Below, one piece after another: positions 19,344 to 26,572 of a DNA stretch of 32,000 nucleotides; the stretch's first letter is position 1; each line of letters starts with the position of its first letter. Below the pieces are notes generated by a model that was not told the DNA's origin, did no database searches, and worked only from the letters and a program-made list of their open reading frames with translations. Made by a program: the position numbers and the translations under genes. This DNA comes from Desulfobulbus propionicus DSM 2032 (lineage in GTDB: Bacteria; Desulfobacterota; Desulfobulbia; Desulfobulbales; Desulfobulbaceae), in the NCBI RefSeq assembly GCF_000186885.1, contig NC_014972.1, forward strand, positions 1,110,001-1,142,000, read 5' to 3'.

Positions 19344-19678
19344 GGGCATGCCTCCTGCGGTCGTGTCCGATGGTGTTGCGATGCCGGCGAACAATCGTGC
19401 CCGTATGTTGAACGAAATCGGGCGTGAACACAACACAAAACACGGTCGGGTCGAAAAGGGGAATTGCCGGCCGGCCAGCCACCGTGAACGTGGACTGCGG
19501 ATGTGAACAAGACACGCATGGGGGCGGGAACCCCTTTTTCAACCACATCGGGAACTTGCTGTTGCCGGTTGAGGAAGTTGTGGTGTATGGAAACGATGGT
19601 TCCGTTGTCCGGGGATCATTCCCGCCCACCACTACATACCTTCTCATTGATTGAGAATTGGAGCGCCAGCGTTTTACC

Positions 19679-20890
19679 ATGAATACAGACGATTCCTACC
19701 AATCCGGTCTTGTCCCTGCCGACGAAATCGCGCAACGCATCGCGCGGCTGCAGGACTTTTTACAGCAACAAGCAGTGGATGGGGCGCTGATGCTCGATCC
19801 ATTGAACATGTATTACTACACCGGGACGATGCAACAGGGGGTGGTGGTGGTCCCGGCAACGGGCGACCCCGTCTTTCTGGTCAGGCGCAGTGTGGAGCGG
19901 GCACGGTTGGAGTCGCCTGTGCAGCAGATTCTCCCCCTGGCAGGGTTCAGCCAGCTGCGATCCACCCTCGCCGACCTGGGCCTGGCCACCGACACCCTGG
20001 GCGTGGCGGAAGCCACCCTGTCTGTAGGCGTTTTCAAGGCCCTGGCCAAGGCCTTTCCAGGCACAGCCTTCACCGATATCAGCGGGGTGTTGGCCATGAT
20101 TCGGGCGGTGAAATCCGACTACGAAGTCGGGCTGATCCGCACGGCCGGGGCCCTGCATGCGCAGGTCTATGGGGCCATTCCCGCCCTCCTGCGCGAGGGG
20201 ATGAGCGAATGGGAACTGGGCGCGGCCATCCACCAAAAGATGATGGAGCTGGGCTACACCGGAATTGCCCGGTTCGCCGGCTCCGGCATGGAGCTGTTTC
20301 TGGGGATCATCAGTTTCGGTGAATCGGGCAACTATCCGACCGCGTCCATTGGGCCGGGCGGCCTCACTGGGCTCTCGCCTGCCTTCCCGCTGGTGGGGGG
20401 CAGGAAGCAACTGGGGCGGGGCGAACCCGTGTTCGTGGATATCGGTTTTGGCTACCACGGCTATTTCACCGATGCGACCCGGGTGTTCTCTCTGGGGCCG
20501 CTGCCTCAGGCGGCCATGGAGGCGCATGCGCTGTGCCTGGACATCCAGGAGGCGGTGCGCTGCCGCCTCAAGCCCGGTGCCATCCCGTCGCGGATCTACG
20601 ACGAGGTCTGGGGCGAGTTCGTGCATTCCCGAGCCTTTACCAAGCATTTCATGGGATTCGGCTCCAACCAAGTTCCCTTCCTGGGCCATGGCATCGGTTT
20701 GGCGATCGATGAATTTCCGGTCATTGCCGCCAAGGTGCACACCCCGCTTGAGGCGAACATGATCATTGCCGTCGAGCCCAAGAAAGGGGTGGCAGGCATT
20801 GGCCTGGTCGGCGTGGAAAATACCTTCCGTGTCACCGCCGAAGGCGGCGAAAAATTAACTCCGGGGACAGACGAGATCACCATGGTGTGA
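19679..20890 (+). CDS. M24-family metallopeptidase (Xaa-Pro aminopeptidase / creatinase-like)
   Basis: Track ORF 19658..20890 (TTG start) trimmed to the first ATG at 19679. It has a creatinase-like N-domain and a pita-bread C-domain with metal ligands in VFVDIGFGYHGYFTDATR, GHGIGL and IIAVEP ... GVENT. Confidence 0.85.
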   Translation: MNTDDSYQSGLVPADEIAQRIARLQDFLQQQAVDGALMLDPLNMYYYTGTMQQGVVVVPATGDPVFLVRRSVERARLESPVQQILPLAGFSQLRSTLADLGLATDTLGVAEATLSVGVFKALAKAFPGTAFTDISGVLAMIRAVKSDYEVGLIRTAGALHAQVYGAIPALLREGMSEWELGAAIHQKMMELGYTGIARFAGSGMELFLGIISFGESGNYPTASIGPGGLTGLSPAFPLVGGRKQLGRGEPVFVDIGFGYHGYFTDATRVFSLGPLPQAAMEAHALCLDIQEAVRCRLKPGAIPSRIYDEVWGEFVHSRAFTKHFMGFGSNQVPFLGHGIGLAIDEFPVIAAKVHTPLEANMIIAVEPKKGVAGIGLVGVENTFRVTAEGGEKLTPGTDEITMV

Positions 20891-21152
20891 TCCGGAACCT
20901 TCCCTTGCCACTCCAGCAGAGGTGAACCTGTGCACTCCAACCTTGTGCTCCGCGATGAGATCGAAACGCTTGCTGTCGAGGGCGTGCCGCCGGAGGTCTT
21001 TTTCGTCTTGCCCTTTGCTACCCCTTGTCCCACGGGCACGGTGCACTTTCACCCAGCCTTCCTGGCCAACGGACCGCAGCAGGGATGAAAGACGGGAATT
21101 CCATAGTGCACCGACGCTTTCCGATCCACACTTTTGTTTTGCTTGTTCTGCC

Positions 21153-21620
21153 ATGACGCCCGCGATCACCGCCCTCAAAAAAGCCAAGGTGCCGTATCGG
21201 CTGCATGCCTACCAGCACGATGCCGGTGCAGCCTCCTATGGCGGTGAAGCCGCGCAGAAGCTTGCCATCGAGCCCGCGCAGGTCTTCAAGACCCTGGTTG
21301 TCGAGACCGACGGCCAGAAGTTTGTGATCGGCATTGTTCCCGTTGCCCATCAGTTGGACCTCAAACTCCTGGCGCAGGCCCTCGGCACCAAAAAAGCCGC
21401 GATGGCCCAGGCGCAGGACGCGGAAAAGATGACCGGCTATGTGCTGGGCGGCATCAGCCCCTTGGGGCAAAAGAGAAAACTGGCGACCGTGATCGATGCC
21501 TCGGCAACCGGTTTTGCCACCATCTTCGTCAGCGCCGGCCGCCGTGGGCTGGAGATCGAGCTTGCGCCCCACGACCTGTGCGCCTTGACCCACGGGACCT
21601 TTGCGGAGATCAGCCGATGA
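21153..21620 (+). CDS. ybaK: Cys-tRNA(Pro)/Cys-tRNA(Cys) deacylase, YbaK/EbsC family
   Basis: Track ORF trimmed to ATG at 21153. MTPAITALKKAKVPYRLHAY, KTLVV, and GYVLGGISPLGQKRKL are typical of YbaK. This is the last GC-rich gene before the AT-rich region. Confidence 0.87.
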   Translation: MTPAITALKKAKVPYRLHAYQHDAGAASYGGEAAQKLAIEPAQVFKTLVVETDGQKFVIGIVPVAHQLDLKLLAQALGTKKAAMAQAQDAEKMTGYVLGGISPLGQKRKLATVIDASATGFATIFVSAGRRGLEIELAPHDLCALTHGTFAEISR

Positions 21621-21934
21621 AGGGTGAAGGAGTTGCAGCGAGGGAGAGTTGGATTTTATTGGAAAAAGTTTGCCCGCTTGGTGCAGCGCCCTGTAGTGCA
21701 AAATGTAAAATTTGGCTTCTGTGACCTATGAATTCCCGGAAATATTCTTGGCGAAAGGACACGCCTTGAAACGTGCCAATAATGCTGCGGGGACTGGAAG
21801 CATGGGTGCTCTCCGAAAACTGGCCATCCTTCCAAATGGAATGATATACAGAAAAGCGGTTATTCCGAACCTATTGATTTTCCAATGACAATCTTCATAA
21901 ATATCGGTAGGCTAATCCAAAATATCTGCTTTAA

Positions 21935-22028
21935 ACACAAGGGTAGAGTATTACAGGAATGAGCCAATCATCCAGGCTCCCTCTACGAGTTTAGATGATA
22001 TACAGATCAGCAGAATAACTTGTTGTGT
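21935..22028 (+). other. attC-like site (degenerate, array end)
   Basis: CTTTAAACACAAG (21929-21941) is inverted relative to CTTGTTGTGTGTAAAAG (22019-22035). The right box is GTTGTGT (22022-22028). The left box ends AAG rather than AAC. Confidence 0.3.
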
Positions 22029-22043
22029 GTAAAAGGCATGTGC

Positions 22044-22589
22044 CTATCTCCCGCGCTGGCACTCGTACTTACACCAGCTCCCTTGCCATTCCGTGCGTCT
22101 GCCGTATTTCCGGTGTAACTTCCCCATATCTTCCAGGTTGTCTGCGCAGATGTCGTCCCAAATATCATGCCACACCATGCCGTACCGCTTCCCTTTTGGC
22201 GGCTTGTAACTGAGTGCGTCGGCACAAACAAACGTCACACGCGGGTCAGCATAGTGCGGGGAAACAAGGTCGATCAGGTCTTGCGATATTTCAACAACCG
22301 TCACATCCGTTACTTCAGGTTTGAGAAGTATATTCTTCAGCACCATGCCAATTCCCAAACCATTTAAAAGGCACGACCCTTTTGCTTTCCATACGGCTGT
22401 GCTGTGGTCGCGCATCTCTGCCGGAGTGTCAGACATCACGAGGTATCCGTTCCGTGTTACCCTCGTGTACGTCTCGCCTACCGGCACGGCGCGGCCTCTC
22501 AGTGCCGAATGAAAATCCATGAAGTCTGTCGTAAAGCGTTCGATCTTCCACGGTCCTTTCTGTCCTTCAGGCAACGTTACTTTTTCCAA
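22044..22589 (-). CDS. Class-I SAM-dependent methyltransferase-like protein
   Basis: 181-aa ORF with a TTG start at 22589 directly after AAGGAGG. Rossmann-like motifs: LLNGLGIGMV (GxGxG), VVEISQD (acidic end of beta-2), and DIWDD. The substrate is unknown. Confidence 0.55.
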   Translation of the reverse strand: MEKVTLPEGQKGPWKIERFTTDFMDFHSALRGRAVPVGETYTRVTRNGYLVMSDTPAEMRDHSTAVWKAKGSCLLNGLGIGMVLKNILLKPEVTDVTVVEISQDLIDLVSPHYADPRVTFVCADALSYKPPKGKRYGMVWHDIWDDICADNLEDMGKLHRKYGRRTEWQGSWCKYECQRGR

Positions 22590-22621
22590 GGTTCCTCCTT
22601 AAAATCAGAATATAAAGGCTC

Positions 22622-22683
22622 ACACAACAAAGCGTTCAAGCCGATGCCGATAAAGCCCGGCACGGCTTAACTAATCGTTATGC
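22622..22683 (+). other. attC-like site
   Basis: ACACAAC-AAAGC-GTT[C]AAGCCGA-TGCCG-ataaagcc-CGGCA-CGGCTTAAC-TAATC-GTTATGC. The arms pair except for one extra C on the left arm. The inner repeats GTTCAAGCCGA / CGGCTTAAC match the aadA-type attC as I remember it. Confidence 0.65.
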
Positions 22684-23040
22684 GCATAATCCCCGCCGCC
22701 GATCGGTATCGTAGCGGAGGAAGTCGCGAAAGCTCTCGAAACAGTCGGCACATTCCAGGTATTCCTGGTATCGCCTTTTGCTCTTGGAAATTTTCGGCGG
22801 AGCCGGGCTATGGAGCGCAACAGCCTCTTTCCCGGCAGGAGTGACGACAAAACAGTGCATGTCGCCCCACAACTTCCTTGTCCCAAGGTCTTTCATTAAC
22901 CCTATCTCGGCCAATTGCTGGCACTTCGCAAAGTCTTTCCCGCCAGGGTCAGTTGCAAAGTGGTTGCGGTATTGCTCGCCATGGCCGTATTGATCAACCC
23001 CGAGCGAGTGCTGCAGGATGTGCAGTAATTCTTTATCCAT
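22678..23040 (-). CDS. Hypothetical protein (120 aa)
   Basis: ATG at 23040 preceded by GGAGGG. The sequence is non-repetitive (MDKELLHILQHSLGVDQYGHGEQYRNHF...). The TAA stop lies inside the GTTATGC box of the attC-like site. Confidence 0.6.
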   Translation of the reverse strand: MDKELLHILQHSLGVDQYGHGEQYRNHFATDPGGKDFAKCQQLAEIGLMKDLGTRKLWGDMHCFVVTPAGKEAVALHSPAPPKISKSKRRYQEYLECADCFESFRDFLRYDTDRRRGLCA

Positions 23041-23063
23041 AATCCCTCCAATGCGTTAAAAAC

Positions 23064-23129
23064 GCATAACAAATCGGTCGAGTTCGGACGCCGCAAACTG
23101 CGCGGCGCCGCTCACCTCAACCATTAGTC
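23064..23129 (+). other. attC-like site (variant right box ATT)
   Basis: Opens with GCATAAC, the complement of the GTTATGC closing the previous site. Arms GGTCGAG / CTCAACC and GCCGCA / CGCGGCG pair imperfectly. It closes with ATTAGTC. A 7-bp hairpin ATGCGTT-aaa-AACGCAT (23051-23067) overlaps the left box. Confidence 0.45.
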
Positions 23130-23300
23130 GTCAGTAATTATTTTTATATTTTTCAGTTCTTCTTTTACAGTTTCACACTGATACCAATCACTCCAGCTAT
23201 CTTCACAACATTTCCCATTATTGTGCTCTCTAGTGCATTTATGGTCGGGCCCTCCATCATGCCAGCCCCACTTTCTATACGGGCACCCCATGTCTTCCAT
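23124..23300 (-). CDS. Small Cys/Trp-rich hypothetical protein (58 aa)
   Basis: The track ORF starts at a TTG (23315). I prefer ATG at 23300, preceded by AAAGGAGGG. Sequence: MEDMGCPYRKWGWHDGGPDHKCTREHNNGKCCEDSWSDWYQCETVKEELKNIKIITDD. Confidence 0.5.
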   Translation of the reverse strand: MEDMGCPYRKWGWHDGGPDHKCTREHNNGKCCEDSWSDWYQCETVKEELKNIKIITDD

Positions 23301-23319
23301 TTTCCCTCCTTTCAACCGC

Positions 23320-23397
23320 GCTTAACCAGTAAATAAACGTGACCTGGACAACTAGCGCTCTTTCAATGGTAGTTCATTCACCTGCACGTTATTAAGC
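23320..23397 (+). other. attC-like site
   Basis: Terminal 7-mers GCTTAAC (23320-23326) and ATTAAGC (23391-23397) are near-complementary. An inner AACGTG (23336-23341) / CACGTT (23385-23390) pair is also present. Central pairing is weak. Confidence 0.4.
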
Positions 23398-23417
23398 CGT
23401 TCGGCGGAGATAAAATT

Positions 23418-24281
23418 ATGAAAGTTGACCATATATCCCTTTCTACGACTCCAGTATTTTTAAGGAAAGGTAGTCAGGTTGTTTCCCAAGGCACAGGATT
23501 TTACTTCTTATCAAATAAAGATAATGGCCAAGTCCTTTTCTTATTAACAAATTATCATGTTCTTACAGGTTCAGCTCCTAGTGAACGGAAAGCGCCTATT
23601 GGTGACAATATCTTTTTCCAATTTCACGAATCAGATACCGAAACAGGAAAAATAAGAAATTCCAATCTTCCTTTATTTACTCCAAGCGGTAAGCCATTAT
23701 GGCTTGTAAGCTCCGACCATCCAGAAGCAGATTTTGCTGTAATCCCTTTGCCCACGCAGTGCTCGAAGGATTGTAAAGTGTTTTGTCTTTCAGAAGAATG
23801 GGCAACTCAAAAAATGAAAATTCGACCAGCAACAGATGTTTCTCTGGTAGGTTATCCCTATGGCTTCTATGATACTTCAAACGCGCTTCCTATTTGGAAA
23901 TCAGGAACACTTGCAAGTGAGCCAAAAGTGAATTTCGAAGGAAAACCTCTAATGTTAATTGATGTATCTGCTTTTCCAGGAATGTCAGGGTCTCCTGTAT
24001 TCGCTATTGCCAACGGGATGTATGAAATGGCAGAAGGAAATTCAGTCACACCTGGTATGGTGAGACAATTCATAGGTATTTATGCAAGCATGCAAATGGT
24101 TAGTAAAAACAAATATTTAGAAGAGATCGTGCATGATACAAAAGTTGGGATTAGGGATCTCGAGTCATTAGAGATCGGTCATGTATGGAAAGGTAGCATA
24201 ATTACCGAGTTGATAGACAATATTGATATTGGAAAATATGAAACGGAAATAATACAAGAATTGAGCCGAACAATCGGTTGA
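23418..24281 (+). CDS. Cytoplasmic trypsin-like (chymotrypsin-fold) serine protease
   Basis: 287 aa with no signal peptide. The catalytic triad is in trypsin order: TNYH47VL, D105FAVIPL, GMS190GSPVF. GGAG lies 8 nt upstream of the ATG. Confidence 0.85.
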   Translation: MKVDHISLSTTPVFLRKGSQVVSQGTGFYFLSNKDNGQVLFLLTNYHVLTGSAPSERKAPIGDNIFFQFHESDTETGKIRNSNLPLFTPSGKPLWLVSSDHPEADFAVIPLPTQCSKDCKVFCLSEEWATQKMKIRPATDVSLVGYPYGFYDTSNALPIWKSGTLASEPKVNFEGKPLMLIDVSAFPGMSGSPVFAIANGMYEMAEGNSVTPGMVRQFIGIYASMQMVSKNKYLEEIVHDTKVGIRDLESLEIGHVWKGSIITELIDNIDIGKYETEIIQELSRTIG

Positions 24282-24288
24282 AGAAGGA

Positions 24289-24317
24289 TTGTTCATTCCG
24301 CTGCGCTACATGAACAA
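24289..24317 (+). other. Stem-loop between the protease and HEPN-like genes
   Basis: TTGTTCAT (24289-24296) pairs with ATGAACAA (24310-24317) around a 13-nt loop. No T-tract follows, so it is not a classical terminator. The stem base TTCAT/ATGAA also occurs at the start of the 159-bp repeat. Confidence 0.4.
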
Positions 24318-24345
24318 CCTCTTAACCTCACCGTTAACTTAAAAA

Positions 24346-25335
24346 ATGAAATCAAGATCACGCGCATTATTGGATAAGTCATTGGGTGCCGTCTTGTCTG
24401 CAATGGAAATTTATAACAAGCCAGATTTCTATTACAGAGAGGAGACTTTTTCAATTTTGATGGTCAATGCATGGGAGCTGTTGCTAAAAGCAAGGTTGTT
24501 GCAGCTTAGTAACAACAAAGTGGCCTCAATAGTCAAATACGAAAAAAGACAAAATGCTGATGGGTCAACTTCTGAGAAACTGTATAGGTCTTACAGTAGG
24601 TCCGGGAATGTAAAAACAGTAAGTCTTTTTGTCGCCTATGATTTAATAATTAATGAGTATGGAGATAAACTTGACAATTTAGTTCGGAAAAATCTTGAAG
24701 CATTAATAGAAATTCGTGACAATTCTGTCCATTTTTTAAACAAAGACTTTGAGTTAAAACGTAAAATATTCGAAATTGGAACGGCCTCACTAAAAAATTA
24801 TCTTAATTTAGTTATTAAATGGTTCGGTGTTGATCTATCTAAATACAATTTCTTCTTAATGCCGATGGCTTTTATCCGTGATTTTCACAAAGCGAAAGTT
24901 GTTTCTTTGACCATCCAAGAAAAGAAATTAATCAAATTTGTTGAAAATTTACAAAGTAAGGTCGAAGACGATGAAACAAAAGATTTCAACCTGGCACTAG
25001 AAGTTTCGGTGCATCTTAAGCGAGCGAGTAGCACTACAACAACAAATACAATAACAATTTCCAATGATCCTAATGCGCCGGTCGTTCGACTTTCTGAAGA
25101 GGATATTCGAGAAAAATATCCATGGGATTATGCTGTATTAACAACAAGGTTAAAGAAAAGATATAATGATTTCAAATGTAACCAAGACTACCATGGAATT
25201 CGTAAGCCGCTTGAATCAGATGAGAAATACTGTAATACACGTCTACTAGATCCAGGTAATCCATCAAGCAGCAAAAAAATATTTTACAACCCAAATATTC
25301 TTAAAGAATTTGATAAACATTATAACAAAAGTTAA
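24346..25335 (+). CDS. HEPN-like (Rx4H) protein; N-terminus resembles the DUF3644 family as I remember it
   Basis: 329 aa. The N-terminus is SLGAVLSAMEIYNKPDFYYREETFSILMVNAWELLLKA. The motif EIR124DNSVH129F (nt 24715-24732) fits the HEPN RNase signature R-[polar]-x3-H. The TAA stop is embedded in the GTTAAC box of the following attC-like site. Confidence 0.65.
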   Translation: MKSRSRALLDKSLGAVLSAMEIYNKPDFYYREETFSILMVNAWELLLKARLLQLSNNKVASIVKYEKRQNADGSTSEKLYRSYSRSGNVKTVSLFVAYDLIINEYGDKLDNLVRKNLEALIEIRDNSVHFLNKDFELKRKIFEIGTASLKNYLNLVIKWFGVDLSKYNFFLMPMAFIRDFHKAKVVSLTIQEKKLIKFVENLQSKVEDDETKDFNLALEVSVHLKRASSTTTTNTITISNDPNAPVVRLSEEDIREKYPWDYAVLTTRLKKRYNDFKCNQDYHGIRKPLESDEKYCNTRLLDPGNPSSSKKIFYNPNILKEFDKHYNKS

Positions 25336-25394
25336 CCACCGGCTTCACGCGGACCCCGCAAAAAGCGCGGGTCCGGTGATCCGGAACGTTATGT
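25330..25394 (+). other. attC-like site (family C, copy 1)
   Basis: AGTTAAC-CACCGG[cttcacgcgg]ACCC-cgcaaaaagcgc-GGGTCCGGTG-atccggaac-GTTATGT. It matches 28687-28750 at all but a few positions (5 substitutions and 1 indel by my hand alignment). Confidence 0.6.
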
Positions 25395-25414
25395 TTTCCG
25401 GAGGTGAGCGCACC

Positions 25415-25960
25415 ATGCTCAAACACTACTTGGAAGAACTTACGGCGCTTGAGTTTTCCGAACGTGACGCAGGGATTCAGAAGGCGGTTACGAGAGAAAA
25501 GGGCGCAATGAATGCGCGTGGGATACTGCACTCTTCAATGACCCTTCAGGCGTTAGCTGAGTTCTTCGGTGCCGAGTTCTCGTTGCGCTGTGATTTCCTA
25601 AAAGAATTCGTTGTTACGCACAGCGCCTTGTGCAAAGAAGAGGATGCCGTAACAACCGCAAAGACCTTATTTCAGACGAAGTCCTTTGAACAAAGGGACC
25701 GACTGAAGGCCGCATATGAGGCCGCGACAAAGCCTATCGTCGCATCACTAAGCAGTGACTTTCCGAAACAGATCGAAGAGGGCTTGCTCGCCACTTTTGA
25801 GACTCGGATAAAAAAGAACAACATGTATGTCGAGATTGCTTACCAGGCAATGGAAGCCGCTAAGCGCGAAAAGACCCCTATGTTCGCACTTAAACCGAAT
25901 TTCCACGGTATTGGAATTGACGTGGAGGAGGTCTGGAGACGATATGTCAAACATAACTAG
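25415..25960 (+). CDS. Hypothetical protein (181 aa)
   Basis: Track ORF trimmed to ATG at 25415, preceded by GGAGGTGAG. Helical-looking sequence with no motif I recognise. Occupies a single cassette. Confidence 0.6.
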   Translation: MLKHYLEELTALEFSERDAGIQKAVTREKGAMNARGILHSSMTLQALAEFFGAEFSLRCDFLKEFVVTHSALCKEEDAVTTAKTLFQTKSFEQRDRLKAAYEAATKPIVASLSSDFPKQIEEGLLATFETRIKKNNMYVEIAYQAMEAAKREKTPMFALKPNFHGIGIDVEEVWRRYVKHN

Positions 25961-26035
25961 CCAATCCACCGGACAAAGAAAAGCGTTGCTCGTTCCTCGC
26001 CCCGCTTTTCTCTGCCGGTGATTGCTGCATTATGT
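25951..26035 (+). other. attC-like site (family C-related)
   Basis: Opens with ACATAAC, the exact complement of the GTTATGT closing the previous site. Arms CACCGG[A]CAAAGAAAAGCG / CGCTTTTCTCTGCCGGTG pair. It closes with ATTATGT. Confidence 0.55.
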
Positions 26036-26091
26036 CGATGCTTCACCATGTACCCGCTACGCGACTACATGGATGAACCACGGGAGGAAAT

Positions 26092-26286
26092 ATGAAAACG
26101 ATTGGATTTGGAATGAACGGAAATACTTGCCTTTCAAATTGTCCGTATAAAAAATCTGATTACACGGTAATAAAAATCGCGTCTCTGTACTGCCAGAACT
26201 GCGACAAGAATAAGGGAATTAACAGGGAAAATAAAACGGTTGATTGTATAGGAGACGAAAGAAACATAACAATCGCTTCAACCTGA
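26092..26286 (+). CDS. Small Cys-rich hypothetical protein (64 aa)
   Basis: ATG preceded by GGGAGGA. Sequence: MKTIGFGMNGNTCLSNCPYKKSDYTVIKIASLYCQNCDKNKG..., with CxxxC and CxxC spacing. Confidence 0.5.
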   Translation: MKTIGFGMNGNTCLSNCPYKKSDYTVIKIASLYCQNCDKNKGINRENKTVDCIGDERNITIAST

Positions 26287-26321
26287 CATCCTAACGGATG
26301 CAGGTTAAGCAAATGTTCATG
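26264..26321 (+). other. attC-like site (58 bp, best-formed example)
   Basis: ACATAAC-AATC-GCTT[C]AACCTG-a-CATCC-taac-GGATG-CAGGTTAAGC-AAAT-GTTCATG. The left box complements the ATTATGT/GTTATGT start of its cassette. There is a single extra C on the left arm. Confidence 0.7.
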
Positions 26322-26473
26322 GCGACTGCGTCGCCATGAATCGCGGTGCTGACTGCGTCGAGCACCTTGCCTGGCGCCTTGCGCCAGAACAAGGTACTCG
26401 ACCGGACACCGCACACCGATCATTCAAACTTCGTTTGCCTGATCGGCGCACGGCGCCGGTCAGCACCGCGATT
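26315..26473 (+). repeat. 159-bp ORF-less structured cassette, copy 1 (identical to 29145-29303)
   Basis: Base-for-base identical to copy 2. It contains the hairpin TTCATGGCGAC-tgc-GTCGCCATGAA. A 15-bp closing stem AATCGCGGTGCTGAC / GTCAGCACCGCGATT encloses two further hairpins. Read as an attC it is CATGAAT (26335) ... ATTAACA (26477). It is GC-rich, unlike its surroundings. Confidence 0.9.
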
Positions 26474-26572
26474 AACAGTGAAAAATGAAAATCACGAAAT
26501 CCAACATACTGAACCTTATAAAGACCGCTTTCGGCTTCGAATGGACGCCTGAAATATCTCAAGAAGCAATAG

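Noticed and set aside
19658-19678. TTG start at 19658 for the M24 peptidase, and the other N-terminally extended track ORFs (2491, 5727, 6959, 9039, 16327, 20922, 25310, 27837, 29739, 30233)
   Set aside because: The ORF track uses the most upstream start, including alternative codons. In each case an internal ATG gives a signal peptide, a Shine-Dalgarno sequence, start/stop coupling, or avoids translating an attC-like repeat.
20891-21152. 262-nt gap between the M24 peptidase and ybaK as a hidden gene or sRNA
   Set aside because: The track ORFs here (20855..21187 minus, 20596..21039 minus, 20922.. plus) overlap flanking genes and look like GC-rich artefacts. I could see no terminator or conserved structure. 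The gap is left unassigned.
21621-21934. tRNA/tmRNA gene or integrase remnant at the island boundary
   Set aside because: I read both strands and found no cloverleaf-compatible sequence and no tyrosine-recombinase motif (such as HxLRH…Y). Only short ORFs under 60 aa without context are present.
25351-25376. Reading the cassette-boundary hairpins as rho-independent terminators
   Set aside because: GC-rich stems are present (for example CGGACCC…GGGTCCG), but no T-tract follows on either strand. The conserved AAC/GTT flanks fit recombination sites better.
26160-26423. ORFs beginning MIGVRCPVEYLVLAQGARQGARRSQHRDSWRRSRHE (also 28963..29253, 26317..26610, 29147..29347)
   Set aside because: Their shared parts are simply translations of the 159-bp repeat. 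They diverge or stop where the repeat ends, and they are Arg-rich with no start context.
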